Assembly: GCA_017450025.1 (NCBI GenBank)
Contig: JAFSYJ010000038.1
Location: 24,403-88,402 of the forward strand
Source of the DNA: Clostridia bacterium
GTDB lineage: Bacteria > Bacillota > Clostridia > UMGS1883 > UMGS1540
DNA: 64,000 nt
Direction: 5' to 3'
Shown: in pieces, positions 16,490 through 26,849 of the stretch
Numbering within the stretch: position 1 is the stretch's first letter
Layout of the letters: each line of letters starts with the position of its first letter
Translations under genes and position numbers: made by a program
The notes under the pieces: generated by a model
The model's database searches: none
What the model was told of the DNA's origin: nothing
The model's input: the letters and a program-made list of their open reading frames with translations, nothing else

Positions 16490-18355
16490 GTGTTTTTGTT
16501 GACAGGAAAACAACGCAAGAATTTATACCGTATTATAATAGGAGCCGTTTTGTATGCGGCTGTGTTGATTTCAGCGAGGTTTATACATAACGGATATGTT
16601 CTTCCCGTACTGTTTTTTGTGCCTTATTTTATAGTTGCATACGATGTCGTATTCAAGGCGGCGCGAAACATAATAAACGGTCAGGTTTTTGATGAAAATT
16701 TCCTGATGACAGTCGCCTCTTTTGCCGCTTTTGCTTTGGGGGAATACTCCGAAGCCGTTGCCGTAATGCTCTTTTATCAGGTCGGAGAGTTTTTTCAAGG
16801 CTATGCCGTTGGCAAATCAAGAAAGTCAATTTCAGATATGATGGATATTGTACCCGAATATGTAAATTTAGAAGAAAACGGAGTTATCGTTCAAAAAGAC
16901 CCCGATGATATACCTGTCGGAACTGAAATTATAATCAAAGTGGGCGAAAAGATCCCGATAGATGGTATAGTATCAGAGGGAGAAAGCTTTGTCGATACCG
17001 CGGCACTCACAGGCGAGTCTGTTCCGCAAAGCGTAAGTGTCGGGAGCGAGGTGTTTTCGGGGTGCTTAAACGGCTCGGGGACATTAAAAGTGCGTACAAC
17101 TAAAGCGTTTGAGGACTCAACAGCCGCAAAAATTTTAGAGCTTGTAGAAAACGCCGCAAGCAAAAAAGCAAAAATTGAGAATTTTACAACGCACTTTGCG
17201 CGTATATATACGCCCGTAGTTACAGGCTGCGCCGTACTCTTGGCGCTTATTCCGTCATTTATTACAGGTGACTGGGGCGAATGGATAAAAAGAGCTTGTA
17301 TTTTTCTCGTTATTTCCTGCCCGTGCGCGCTTGTAATATCCGTACCGCTCGGATTTTTTGGCGGTATAGGAGCGGCGTCGCGTATCGGAGTTCTTGTAAA
17401 GGGCAGTAATTTTCTTGAAGCTTGCTCATATATAAAAACTGTTGTGTTTGATAAAACGGGAACTCTTACAAAAGGGGAGTTTAAGGTTACAGACATTATA
17501 CCAAACGGCGTTGAAGCCGCTGAATTACTTGAACTTGCAGCGCTGGCGGAAGCTTATTCCAATCACCCCGCCGCAGTTTCTGTGCGCGCGGCATACGGTA
17601 AGGATGTCGCAACGGACAGAGTTGCGGAAGCCTGCGAAGCCGCAGGACAGGGAGTTTCGGCTGTTGTTGACGGCAAAGCCGTACTTGTCGGAAATGAAAA
17701 GCTTATGGAAGAAAACGGCATAACCTTTAATAAAGCCGATAATATAGGAACCGTAATGTATGTCGCGTGTGAAGGCGTTTTTATGGGGACTGTCGTTATT
17801 GCAGATGAAATTAAAGATGATGCCAAAGCTGCAATAAGCGCGCTTAAATCCGAAGGCGTAAAAAAATGCGTTATGCTCTCGGGCGACAGACAAAGCGTTG
17901 CAGACGCAGTCGGTCGTACGCTCGGAATAGATGAGGTGTACGCACACCTTATGCCTGCGGATAAAGTAGAGCTTGTTGAAGAAATGCTCGATCAAAAAGG
18001 AGCAAAGGACAAAATCGCTTTCGTAGGCGACGGTGTAAACGACGCTCCTGTGCTTTCGATAGCCGATATAGGGATTGCAATGGGGACGATGGGCTCCGAC
18101 GCGGCGATCGAAGCGGCCGATATCGTAATAATGGACGATGATTTGAGTAAAATTGCAAAAACCGTAAAAATAGCCGTAAAAACCGTAAAAATCATAAGGC
18201 AAAACATTATTCTGGCGCTTGGAGTTAAAGCCGTGGTCCTCGTTCTCGGAACATTGGGAATTGCAAATATGTGGCTCGCAGTTGTTGCCGATGTCGGCGT
18301 CGCAGTTGTGGCTATCCTCAATTCTATGAGAACGCTTAATATGCATTTGTTATAA
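16490..18355 (+). CDS. heavy-metal translocating P1B-type ATPase, Cd/Zn/Co type (CadA/ZntA-like)
   Basis: CPC in TM6, DKTGTLT, GDGVNDAP, and a C-terminal VADVG...LNSMR motif typical of the Zn/Cd subgroup; no N-terminal HMA domain (it is encoded separately upstream). True start probably TTG at 16496 or 16499. Confidence 0.9.
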   Translation: MFLLTGKQRKNLYRIIIGAVLYAAVLISARFIHNGYVLPVLFFVPYFIVAYDVVFKAARNIINGQVFDENFLMTVASFAAFALGEYSEAVAVMLFYQVGEFFQGYAVGKSRKSISDMMDIVPEYVNLEENGVIVQKDPDDIPVGTEIIIKVGEKIPIDGIVSEGESFVDTAALTGESVPQSVSVGSEVFSGCLNGSGTLKVRTTKAFEDSTAAKILELVENAASKKAKIENFTTHFARIYTPVVTGCAVLLALIPSFITGDWGEWIKRACIFLVISCPCALVISVPLGFFGGIGAASRIGVLVKGSNFLEACSYIKTVVFDKTGTLTKGEFKVTDIIPNGVEAAELLELAALAEAYSNHPAAVSVRAAYGKDVATDRVAEACEAAGQGVSAVVDGKAVLVGNEKLMEENGITFNKADNIGTVMYVACEGVFMGTVVIADEIKDDAKAAISALKSEGVKKCVMLSGDRQSVADAVGRTLGIDEVYAHLMPADKVELVEEMLDQKGAKDKIAFVGDGVNDAPVLSIADIGIAMGTMGSDAAIEAADIVIMDDDLSKIAKTVKIAVKTVKIIRQNIILALGVKAVVLVLGTLGIANMWLAVVADVGVAVVAILNSMRTLNMHLL

Positions 18356-18389
18356 TTTGTCAATAATTTTTTAATCATTTTACAGATTC

Positions 18390-18413
18390 AAGACCGCTTT
18401 TGCGGTCTTTTTT
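18390..18413 (+). terminator. rho-independent terminator
   Basis: AGACCGC tttt GCGGTCT followed by TTTTTT. Confidence 0.75.
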
Positions 18414-18458
18414 GGCTTTTGCGCCGGTTTGTTGTCATAAAAACTTAATATAAAGAGT

Positions 18459-18487
18459 ATTGATTTTCCTATATTAAAATAATATAA
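18459..18487 (+). promoter_or_regulatory. promoter upstream of the deacetylase-like gene
   Basis: TTGATT - 17 nt - TATAAT; the first ATG lies only 7 nt after the -10 box. Confidence 0.45.
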
Positions 18488-18493
18488 TATATT

Positions 18494-19843
18494 ATGAGGA
18501 TGTGGAAGATTATGCCTGATTACGAAAGAAATATTCCAAAAGAACGGATTAGAAAAAGAAAGATAAGAAAGCTCAAACAGGCGGCGATTTATTACGGCGC
18601 AGCTCTGCTTGTGCTGGTGCTTGTTGTGTGGGGATTGGTTTCGGGCATTAAAGGACTTGTTTATGTTTTAACTCCCAAGCCCAAACCGGTTAGGCCGTCT
18701 GTCGAACAGCTTATCGCAGACGGAGATATGCTTGCGGCGAGCTATGACTTTGACAAGGCGATAGAGCATATCAAATCTTACGGCGAGGACTACATCGAAA
18801 AGCCCGAACTGACAGACGCGATAGGGCGGTACGAAAACGCAAAGGCAACAATGGTAAAGTTTGAAGATGTTCACGATGTTACGCATGTGTTTTTCCACGC
18901 GCTTATAGCCGATAGCGCCAAAGCGTTTGACGGCGAGTATACGCAGGACGGATACAATCAATATATGGTAACCGTAGACGAGTTCAAAAAAATGCTCGAG
19001 GAATTTTATAACCGCGATTTTGTACTCGTAAATCTGCACGACATTGCCGTACAACAGATAGATGAAAACGGCAACGCCAAATTCGTACCCGGTGAAATAT
19101 GGCTGCCGGAGGGCAAAAAGCCAATGGTAATATCGCAGGATGATGTGTGCTATTACAGATATATGCAGGGCGACGGCTTTGCCTCCAAGATCGTTATAGG
19201 CGAAGACGGCTACCCCACTTGTGAATACATACAGGACGACGGCACGGCTTCTTACGGTGAATATGACCTTGTGCCGATTTTGGAGAACTTTATACACGAG
19301 CACCCGGATTTTTCGTACCGTGGAGCGAGAGCAACGCTTGCCATAACGGGATACGACGGCGTTTTGGGTTATAGAACATGTCCGTCGGGCGAGGGATATA
19401 CAGAAGACGATATTCCAAAGGCAAAGGCAGTTGCCGACCGTATGAAGGAGCTTGGCTGGGTATTTGCAAGCCATAGCTGGGGACACCGCCGTTACGGACA
19501 GATATCGGCTGAAGAAGTCGGGGAAGACGCCCAAAAATGGGAAAACGAAGTCAAGCCGATAATCGGCGAAACAGATATTCTCATATACGCGCATGGCGAC
19601 GATATTGCAGGGATAGAAGAATATTCTGGCGATACATTCAATGTGCTTAAATCGTTTGGGTTTAATTACTTCTGCAATGTTGATTCGCATATATCGTGGG
19701 TTCAGATAGGCAAGGATTATGTGCGTCAGGGTCGGCGCAACATTGACGGCTACCGTATGTATTACTATCCGCAGATGCTTGAAGATTTGTTTGATGTCAG
19801 TCAGGTATATGACGCCACAAGACCGGTAGTTCCCGAAATATAG
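18494..19843 (+). CDS. membrane-anchored polysaccharide deacetylase-like (NodB-homology) protein; start codon uncertain (ATG at 18494, 18500 or 18512)
   Basis: Basic cytoplasmic N-terminus, one TM helix, extracellular domain with His-rich motifs (FHALIAD, SHSWGHR); family assignment tentative. Confidence 0.45.
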   Translation: MRMWKIMPDYERNIPKERIRKRKIRKLKQAAIYYGAALLVLVLVVWGLVSGIKGLVYVLTPKPKPVRPSVEQLIADGDMLAASYDFDKAIEHIKSYGEDYIEKPELTDAIGRYENAKATMVKFEDVHDVTHVFFHALIADSAKAFDGEYTQDGYNQYMVTVDEFKKMLEEFYNRDFVLVNLHDIAVQQIDENGNAKFVPGEIWLPEGKKPMVISQDDVCYYRYMQGDGFASKIVIGEDGYPTCEYIQDDGTASYGEYDLVPILENFIHEHPDFSYRGARATLAITGYDGVLGYRTCPSGEGYTEDDIPKAKAVADRMKELGWVFASHSWGHRRYGQISAEEVGEDAQKWENEVKPIIGETDILIYAHGDDIAGIEEYSGDTFNVLKSFGFNYFCNVDSHISWVQIGKDYVRQGRRNIDGYRMYYYPQMLEDLFDVSQVYDATRPVVPEI

Positions 19844-19848
19844 AATAA

Positions 19849-19880
19849 AAAACGGTTCAGCATAGCTGAGCCGTTTTTTT
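19849..19880 (+). terminator. rho-independent terminator
   Basis: AACGGTTCAG cata CTGAGCCGTT followed by TTTTTTT. Confidence 0.7.
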
Positions 19881-19909
19881 CATATAATAGCAAAGAGGTG
19901 ATTACGCGT

Positions 19910-20557
19910 ATGAAAAGGTTTTGCCTTTTTGCAGTGTTTTTGTGTTGTTTTCTGCTCTTGTCCGGCGCAGAAAGCGCAAACCCTTATGAAATATTTATTG
20001 ACGGTGACGAGGCAACGCTTTACCTTATCGAAGGCGGACAATGCGTGCAAAAGTTCCGCTGCGCGGTGGGCAAGCCCGATACGCCGTCTCCGATAGGAAC
20101 ATTTTACATAACTGAAAAAGCTCATTGGGGCAGTGGGTTTGGCGGCAGATGGCTTGGGATAAACTGCAAATGGGGCAAGTTCGGAATACACGGCACGATA
20201 TTTCCGAATTCGATCGGCTGGAGCTCGTCACACGGCTGCTTCCGTATGCTCAATAAAGATGTTGAAAAGCTTTACGATATTGTACCTGTCGGAACAAAGG
20301 TAACGGTTGCTTTTGGTGTTTACGGTGACTTTGGCAACGGCTTCCGCTATATCAAACCGGGCGGATACGGCTCAGATGTGATGCGGATACAAAAAAGACT
20401 TGCCGAGCTTGGCTACTATAACGGCAGTATCGACGGCAGATATATGAGCCTGACGCAAAACGCACTTAATAAATACCAGCGCGATAACGGCTTGACCGTC
20501 ACCAATACGGTAACGCCTGCATTGCAGGAGCATATGGGTTTTGTTCTGATGGAGTGA
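19910..20557 (+). CDS. L,D-transpeptidase (YkuD family) with a C-terminal peptidoglycan-binding domain
   Basis: Signal peptide; catalytic SHGCFRM motif; C-terminal PG_binding_1-like repeat (RIQKRLAELGYYNGSIDGRY...NALNKYQRDNGL). Confidence 0.85.
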   Translation: MKRFCLFAVFLCCFLLLSGAESANPYEIFIDGDEATLYLIEGGQCVQKFRCAVGKPDTPSPIGTFYITEKAHWGSGFGGRWLGINCKWGKFGIHGTIFPNSIGWSSSHGCFRMLNKDVEKLYDIVPVGTKVTVAFGVYGDFGNGFRYIKPGGYGSDVMRIQKRLAELGYYNGSIDGRYMSLTQNALNKYQRDNGLTVTNTVTPALQEHMGFVLME

Positions 20558-21202
20558 CTATGACCGTTTTTTTATAAAAAAATACCCAAAGACAGATATA
20601 ACGAGGGCACCGATGGCGTCAACTATCATATCCTTCATAGTGTCGCTGAGTGCCGCACGCCCTAAAAGCAAAACCCCCTCAGCTGTTCTGTATTTTTGCA
20701 TATTAAGACCAAAAACAAAGTCGCCGGTAAATTCGTAAATTTCCCATAAAGTGCCGAGCGCGAGCGAAAAGCAGAACGCAAAAACCGCCAAAAAGAGCGG
20801 ACTAAGCCGCACGGATACCTTTTCCGACTCGTTAAAAAGACGGACAATAAGAAACCCCAAAAATCCGAGCATTGCGCCGCTTAAGCAGTGCAAAAAAGAA
20901 TCCCAATACGGAATAATATAGTAAAAATTCCGCACCTCACCCAAGTATATGGCACAGTAAAGAAAAACAAAATAAATTACAGTCATTTTGTTTGGAATAT
21001 TCAGCGACAACCGTTTTTCTATAATGCTCGGCACAGTCATCAACAAAAGCCCGAGCACGCATTGCAGCGTCATAAGAAGGTAATCGCTTTTTATATGCAG
21101 TGCGCCGCCTGACGGCGCAGTAATAAAGTTGTAAACCGAATAACCGGTTGAAAACAAAAGCGTTAAGAATAAAAAATTTTTCAATGTCTTTTTAAATTTC
21201 AT
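20558..21202 (-). CDS. polytopic membrane protein of unknown function
   Basis: Five or six predicted TM helices; WEIYEFTGD motif; convergent with and abutting the preceding gene. Confidence 0.45.
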   Translation of the reverse strand: MKFKKTLKNFLFLTLLFSTGYSVYNFITAPSGGALHIKSDYLLMTLQCVLGLLLMTVPSIIEKRLSLNIPNKMTVIYFVFLYCAIYLGEVRNFYYIIPYWDSFLHCLSGAMLGFLGFLIVRLFNESEKVSVRLSPLFLAVFAFCFSLALGTLWEIYEFTGDFVFGLNMQKYRTAEGVLLLGRAALSDTMKDMIVDAIGALVISVFGYFFIKKRS

Positions 21203-21298
21203 TGCAGTCACCGTCAATGTGAGTAGTTATTTATAAAATTATTGTTTACAAAAAATCTTTTTTGTAGTAAAATAATGTTAGAAAGAAGGTATGAAAAT

Positions 21299-22303
21299 AT
21301 GAAAGTTTTAGTTACAGGCGGAGCGGGATACATAGGCTCCCATACATGCGTCGAGCTTTTGTCGGCAGGGTATGACATAGTTGTCGTAGATAATTTTTCA
21401 AATTCCAAGCCTTCCGCGCTTGAACATATAAAAGAAATTACCGGCAAGGACTTCAGGTTTTATGAGGCTGACCTTTGCTGCAGAGAAAAGGTCGAGCAAA
21501 TTTTTGAAGAAAATGAAATTTCGTGTGTCATTCATTTTGCCGGACTTAAGGCAGTAGGAGAATCCGTGGCACAGCCTTTAAGATACTATTATAATAATAT
21601 TCTCAGTACGCTTGTTTTATGCGGTGTAATGGCAGAGCACGGCTGTAAGAATATAGTTTTTTCGTCGTCTGCGACGGTATACGGCGATCCTGCCGGCGTG
21701 CCTATTTTGGAGGATTTTCCGCTGCATACGACAAACCCGTACGGCTCCACAAAGCTTATGATAGAAAATATTTTGCAGGATATTTATGTGTCTGACAATG
21801 AATGGGGCATTGTTCTTCTCCGTTATTTTAATCCGATCGGCGCGCATAAAAGCGGACTTATCGGAGAAGACCCCAACGGTATTCCTAATAATCTACTGCC
21901 GTATGTTGCCAAGGTGGCAACGGGTGAACTCGAGTGCCTCAGCGTGTTCGGTGACGATTATGATACGCCTGACGGAACGGGAGTGCGTGATTATATCCAT
22001 GTCGTTGACCTTTCACTCGGCCATGTTAAGGCTGTACAAAAGCTGGAAAAGGAAAACGGCGTACATATATATAACCTCGGAACAGGCAACGGATACAGCG
22101 TTCTGGAAGTCGTAAAGGCGTTTGAAAAGGCGACGGGCAAAAAGGTAAATTATAAAATTGCACCCAGACGGCCGGGCGATATAGCGATGTGCTATGCTGA
22201 CGCGTCAAAGGCTCTTCGCGAGCTCGGCTGGAAGGCGGAGAGAGAAATAAATGAGATGTGTGAGGACGCGTGGAGATATGCCTCAACGCATATAAAAAAA
22301 TAA
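21299..22303 (+). CDS. galE: UDP-glucose 4-epimerase
   Basis: MKVLVTGGAGYIGSH Rossmann N-terminus; GalE-like throughout; about 335 aa. Confidence 0.9.
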   Translation: MKVLVTGGAGYIGSHTCVELLSAGYDIVVVDNFSNSKPSALEHIKEITGKDFRFYEADLCCREKVEQIFEENEISCVIHFAGLKAVGESVAQPLRYYYNNILSTLVLCGVMAEHGCKNIVFSSSATVYGDPAGVPILEDFPLHTTNPYGSTKLMIENILQDIYVSDNEWGIVLLRYFNPIGAHKSGLIGEDPNGIPNNLLPYVAKVATGELECLSVFGDDYDTPDGTGVRDYIHVVDLSLGHVKAVQKLEKENGVHIYNLGTGNGYSVLEVVKAFEKATGKKVNYKIAPRRPGDIAMCYADASKALRELGWKAEREINEMCEDAWRYASTHIKK

Positions 22304-22326
22304 TTTCCAAAATATGCAAAAATGTA

Positions 22327-22355
22327 TTGATTTTTCAAATAAAGTATTGTATAAT
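22327..22355 (+). promoter_or_regulatory. promoter of the rimP-nusA-infB operon
   Basis: TTGATT - 17 nt - TATAAT. Confidence 0.55.
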
Positions 22356-22370
22356 GGAATATGGCAAAAG

Positions 22371-22396
22371 AGAGAGTGGGTATCGACCCACTCTCT
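22371..22396 (+). promoter_or_regulatory. perfect 11-bp stem-loop in the rimP-nusA leader
   Basis: AGAGAGTGGGT atcg ACCCACTCTCT with no following U-tract; candidate autoregulatory or processing element. Confidence 0.4.
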
Positions 22397-22448
22397 CGTC
22401 GTTAAAAAAGAAAGTTAACGGAAACGGATAAATAAAGAGGTGACATAA

Positions 22449-22907
22449 ATGTCCAAAATAGAAGAAAAGGTTTATGAAATTTCCGTACCCTTTGCCGAAG
22501 AAGCAGGCGTTGAGATTTACGATGTCGAGTATAAAAAAGAAGGCCCCGATTGGTTTTTGAGAGTTTTTTTGTACTCGGAGCGCGGCATTACGGTAGACGA
22601 TTGCGAGGCTGTGAGCCGAAAGCTTTCAGATAAGCTTGACGAGATCGATATAATCGATACGGCATATTATCTTGAGGTGTCATCGCCTGGCATAGAGCGC
22701 GTTTTAAAGACGGCACGCCATTATGAAACGGCGATAGGAGAACCGATTACCGTAAAGCTGTATAGCGCCATTGACGGCAAAAAGAACCTTACGGGAACGC
22801 TTGATAAATTTGAAAACGGCGTAATTTTTATGACTGCGGAAGACGGCAATCATTATGAAATAGACAAAGAAAAAACATCACAGGTAAAAATTAAATTTGA
22901 AGGATAG
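22449..22907 (+). CDS. rimP: ribosome maturation factor RimP
   Basis: RimP-like N- and C-terminal domains; 152 aa. Confidence 0.9.
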   Translation: MSKIEEKVYEISVPFAEEAGVEIYDVEYKKEGPDWFLRVFLYSERGITVDDCEAVSRKLSDKLDEIDIIDTAYYLEVSSPGIERVLKTARHYETAIGEPITVKLYSAIDGKKNLTGTLDKFENGVIFMTAEDGNHYEIDKEKTSQVKIKFEG

Positions 22908-22922
22908 GAGTTGTTTTGGAAA

Positions 22923-23945
22923 GTGGCTAACGAACTTATGGCAGCATTGGAACTGCTGGAAAAAGAAAAAAATATCAAAAAAGAGGATTTGCTGGAGGCA
23001 CTCAAGCAGCCGCTTATCACGGCATACAGAAAGTATTACGGCGCAGGAGAGAATGTGTTCGTAGATATTGACGGTAACGGCGTCATAACGGTACACGAAA
23101 AAAAGACCGTTGTAGAAGAAGTCGAAGATTACGACAGCGAGATAACGCTTGATGAAGCGTTGACGATCAATAAAAACGCCGCTGTGGGCGAGGTTGTTGA
23201 AATCGTTACAAAGCCAAAGGACTTCGGCAGGATTGCGGCGCAGAACGCAAAGCAGATGATGGTACAGTACATCAGAGAGGCTGAACGCGGCAAGGTTTAC
23301 AAAGAATTTGTAGATAAGCAGAACGATATCGTTACAGCGACCGTGCAAAAGCACGACAGACGCGGAGTGCTTCTTGAAATCGGCAATGTAGAAACTCTTA
23401 TGCCGCTGCACGAACAGGTGCCCGGAGAGACATATAAAACAGGCGACAGAATTCCTGTTTATGTTCTTGAAGTCAAAAATACAACAAAAGGCGTTCAGAT
23501 ACTTGTATCGCGTACACACCCCGGACTTGTACGCAAGCTTTTTGAGCGCGAAGTTCCCGAAATTGCCGACGGAACGGTAGAAATAAAGAGTGTTGCGCGT
23601 GAAGCAGGCTCAAGGAGTAAAATTTCGGTTTATGCCGAGAACGAAAAGGTTGACCCGATAGGCTCGTGCGTTGGACAAAAGGGCGCCAGAGTGTCAAATG
23701 TACTCAGAAGCCTCGGCAATGAAAAGATAGATATTATAAAGTACAGCGAGGACCCCGTAGCATATATAACAGAAGCTTTAAGTCCGGCAAAGGTTGAAAG
23801 CGTAGTTATACACGAGGATACCAAGTCGGCGGAGGTTGTTGTTCCGGACTTCCAACTTTCGCTTGCAATCGGGCGCGAGGGACAAAACGCGCGCCTTGCC
23901 GCAAAGCTCACAGGTTGGAAGATAGATATAAAGAGCAATAATTAA
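22923..23945 (+). CDS. nusA: transcription termination/antitermination factor NusA (short form lacking the acidic C-terminal repeats)
   Basis: N-terminus MANELMAALELLEKEKNI aligns with B. subtilis MSSELLDALTILEKEKGI; S1 and KH domains present. GTG start at 22923 inferred from that alignment; alternatives are TTG 22911 or ATG 22938. Confidence 0.85.
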   Translation: MANELMAALELLEKEKNIKKEDLLEALKQPLITAYRKYYGAGENVFVDIDGNGVITVHEKKTVVEEVEDYDSEITLDEALTINKNAAVGEVVEIVTKPKDFGRIAAQNAKQMMVQYIREAERGKVYKEFVDKQNDIVTATVQKHDRRGVLLEIGNVETLMPLHEQVPGETYKTGDRIPVYVLEVKNTTKGVQILVSRTHPGLVRKLFEREVPEIADGTVEIKSVAREAGSRSKISVYAENEKVDPIGSCVGQKGARVSNVLRSLGNEKIDIIKYSEDPVAYITEALSPAKVESVVIHEDTKSAEVVVPDFQLSLAIGREGQNARLAAKLTGWKIDIKSNN

Positions 23946-23980
23946 AGGACGCCAAATCAGCAAATTTCGGAGGCGGTTTT

Positions 23981-24250
23981 ATGAAAAAAGAAAAGCATAT
24001 TCCTTTGCGTAAATGTCTTGCTTGCGGAGAGATGAAGCCAAAAGCTGAACTGTTCAGGATATATGTGGCGCAGGACGGCGGCGTGGAGCTTGACCGCAGT
24101 TTTAAGAGCGGCGGCAGAGGAGCATATATTTGTCGTAATAAGGATTGTATTGCGCGTGCGGCTAAGGCAAAGCGCATAGAACGCGTTGTCGGTGCGTGTG
24201 ACGCAGATTTTTATGGCAAGCTGTCTGCGGAGGCTGAAGATGAAGGATAG
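23981..24250 (+). CDS. ylxR: YlxR/RnpM (DUF448) RNA-binding protein
   Basis: RKCLACGEMKPKAELFR motif; conserved position after nusA. Confidence 0.85.
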   Translation: MKKEKHIPLRKCLACGEMKPKAELFRIYVAQDGGVELDRSFKSGGRGAYICRNKDCIARAAKAKRIERVVGACDADFYGKLSAEAEDEG

Positions 24251-24551
24251 TGTACTTAGCTTTTTAGGGCTCGCCGCAAAAGCCGGCAGGCTCATATACG
24301 GGAGTGAAGCCGGCAGTAACGCCGCAAGAAGCAGACGGGCAAAGCTTGTTATCGTTGCGTGCGATGCGGCAGACAATACAAAAAAGCTTATGCAAAATAA
24401 ATGCGCGTCTAATAATATACCGCTTTGCGAGTACGCTGATATCGAGTCTTTGAGCAAGGCGGTAGGTAAAGGGGCTGTCTCTGTTGTCAGCGTCAGTGAC
24501 GAAGGCTTTGCCAAAGCGATTTTTAAGAAAATAGATGTTAGTCATAAATAA
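24240..24551 (+). CDS. ylxQ: L7Ae-family ribosomal-protein-like protein YlxQ
   Basis: MKDSVLSFLGLAAKAGRL...; conserved position before infB; overlaps the ylxR stop. Confidence 0.8.
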   Translation: MKDSVLSFLGLAAKAGRLIYGSEAGSNAARSRRAKLVIVACDAADNTKKLMQNKCASNNIPLCEYADIESLSKAVGKGAVSVVSVSDEGFAKAIFKKIDVSHK

Positions 24552-24572
24552 AACAGAAAGGAATGGTTTTGA

Positions 24573-26840
24573 ATGGCTACAAAAACAAATAAGCCGAGAA
24601 TACATTCGGTTGCCAAAGAATTGGGAATAAATAATAAGGAGCTTATCACAATACTTGAAAAGTACGGTATGGGTACAAAAAATCATATGAGTACGCTCAC
24701 CCCTGCCGACATGGACATAATTTTTGATTATTATACAATTAAGTTTGACGACGGCTCTGACATAAGCGAATTTTTAAAGCAGGATGAGCAAAAGGAAGAA
24801 GTAAAGCCCGCTCTGGAAAAGCCTGCCAAAAAGCAGAACAAGGAACAGGAAGAAGAAAAGCCTGCTGAAATCAAAAAGGCAAAGAGCCGTTATGTTGATA
24901 CGCGTTCAAGCAATGTTGACCTTGATAAGATTGATAAGACCGAACAAATAGAAGCAATGCTCGGCGAAGACGCTATGAAGGATAATTCGGGAGCGGGCAA
25001 ACAAAAAATCAAGAAGAAAAAGAACAGACCGAATAAAGGAACTCATCAGGAAGAGATCCGTAAAGAGCCCGAAAAGCCCAAAAAGGTTGAAAAGGTAAAA
25101 GTGCTTGTCCCGGATGAAATTTCGGTAGGCGATTTTGCAGAGCGTGCAAAGCTTGCGCCGACAGAAATTATTAAAAAGCTTATGGAACTCGGCATTATGG
25201 CGTCTGTAAGCCAGAATATAGATTTTGACACGGCGCAGCTCATAGGCGACGATTTGAACTTGATCGTAGAAAAAGAAATAATTGTGACAGATGAGGATAT
25301 TTTGTTTGCAGATGAAGAAGATAAAGAAGAAGACCTCAAACCGCGTTATCCCGTTGTTGTTGTAATGGGACATGTTGACCACGGTAAAACTTCGCTGCTT
25401 GACGCAATACGCCACGCCAATGTTACGGATACAGAAGCCGGCGGTATTACTCAGCATATAGGTGCTTACTGCGTGGATATTAACGATAAAAAGATAACAT
25501 TCCTTGATACACCCGGGCACGAAGCTTTTACATCTATGCGTGCAAGAGGAGCGCAGGTAACCGATGTCGCAATAATCGTTGTTGCGGCTGATGATGGAAT
25601 TATGCCGCAGACGGTCGAGGCGATAAACCATGCCAAAGCCGCAAATGTAAGCATTATAATAGCAATAAATAAGATAGATAAAGAAAACGCAAATGTTGAC
25701 AGGGTTATGCAGGAACTTACGGAGCATAATCTCGTTCCCGAGGAATGGGGCGGCGATACGGTCTGTGTAAAGGTTTCCGCAAAGCAAAAGCAGAATATAG
25801 ACGGACTTTTGGAAATGGTAATACTCGTTTCGGAAATGAAGGAACTCCGCGCTAATCCCGACCGCCTTGCAAGAGGTACCGTTATTGAGGCAAAGCTTGA
25901 TAAGGGACGCGGACCCGTTGCAACCGTACTCGTTCAGAACGGCACTCTCAATGTCGGCGATACGATAGTTGCAGGCACTTCCGTAGGCAGAGTCCGCGCG
26001 ATGATAAGTGACAGCGGCGAAAGAGTAAAGTCGGCAGGACCTTCCGTACCTGTTGAAATCACGGGACTTTCCGATGTTCCGGAGGGCGGCGACCTGTTCT
26101 ATGCCGTAACAGATGAAAAGATGGCAAAGAGCGTTGTAGAACAAAGAAAACAAAAGATAAAAGACCAGATGCAGAAAACTGCAGGCGCAGTAAGTCTTGA
26201 CGACCTCTTTAATCAGATAAAAGAGGGCGAAATCAAAGACCTTAATATTATTGTTAAAGCAGATGTTATGGGAAGCGTTGAAGCTGTTAAACAGTCACTT
26301 GAAAAGCTTTCAAACGACGAAGTCCGCGTAAGAGTAATACACGGCGGCGTAGGTGCTGTAACAGAGTCCGATGTTATGCTTGCAACAGCCTCTAACGCAA
26401 TTATTGTCGGCTTTAATGTACGCCCTGATTCGGGCGCTTTGGCAGCTGCGGATATGCATAAGGTCGATATGAGAATGTACAGAGTTATTTACGATGCAAT
26501 CGAGGAAATCGAAGCCGCTATGAAGGGTATGCTTGCACCTGCGTTTAAGGAAGTTCTGCTCGGTCACGCTGAGGTCAGAAGTATCTTTAAGGTAAGCGGC
26601 GTCGGCACTATTGCAGGTTGTTATATTCAGGACGGTAAGGTGCAGCGTAATGCAGGAGTGCGTATAGTCCGCGACGGTATCGTTATACACGAAGGCGAAC
26701 TCAGCTCGCTCAAACGCTTTAAAGATGACGCGCGCGAGGTCGCGCAGGGCTATGAATGCGGTATGGGCTTTGAAAAATATAACGACCTTAAAGAAGGCGA
26801 TATAATCGAGTGCTTTGTTATGGAGGAAGTTGAAAGATAG
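24573..26840 (+). CDS. infB: translation initiation factor IF-2
   Basis: G-domain motifs [17 protein letters not shown]; 755 aa. Confidence 0.95.
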   Translation: MATKTNKPRIHSVAKELGINNKELITILEKYGMGTKNHMSTLTPADMDIIFDYYTIKFDDGSDISEFLKQDEQKEEVKPALEKPAKKQNKEQEEEKPAEIKKAKSRYVDTRSSNVDLDKIDKTEQIEAMLGEDAMKDNSGAGKQKIKKKKNRPNKGTHQEEIRKEPEKPKKVEKVKVLVPDEISVGDFAERAKLAPTEIIKKLMELGIMASVSQNIDFDTAQLIGDDLNLIVEKEIIVTDEDILFADEEDKEEDLKPRYPVVVVMGHVDHGKTSLLDAIRHANVTDTEAGGITQHIGAYCVDINDKKITFLDTPGHEAFTSMRARGAQVTDVAIIVVAADDGIMPQTVEAINHAKAANVSIIIAINKIDKENANVDRVMQELTEHNLVPEEWGGDTVCVKVSAKQKQNIDGLLEMVILVSEMKELRANPDRLARGTVIEAKLDKGRGPVATVLVQNGTLNVGDTIVAGTSVGRVRAMISDSGERVKSAGPSVPVEITGLSDVPEGGDLFYAVTDEKMAKSVVEQRKQKIKDQMQKTAGAVSLDDLFNQIKEGEIKDLNIIVKADVMGSVEAVKQSLEKLSNDEVRVRVIHGGVGAVTESDVMLATASNAIIVGFNVRPDSGALAAADMHKVDMRMYRVIYDAIEEIEAAMKGMLAPAFKEVLLGHAEVRSIFKVSGVGTIAGCYIQDGKVQRNAGVRIVRDGIVIHEGELSSLKRFKDDAREVAQGYECGMGFEKYNDLKEGDIIECFVMEEVER

Positions 26841-26849
26841 GAGGAAAAT

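Noticed and set aside
24906-26153. Long antisense ORFs inside large genes (for example 24906-26153 in infB, 17525-18346 in the ATPase gene, 18668-19690, 8136-8828, 59031-59729, 5140-region shadows)
   Set aside because: These are shadow ORFs opposite well-supported genes, with Cys/Phe-rich low-complexity translations and no RBS.
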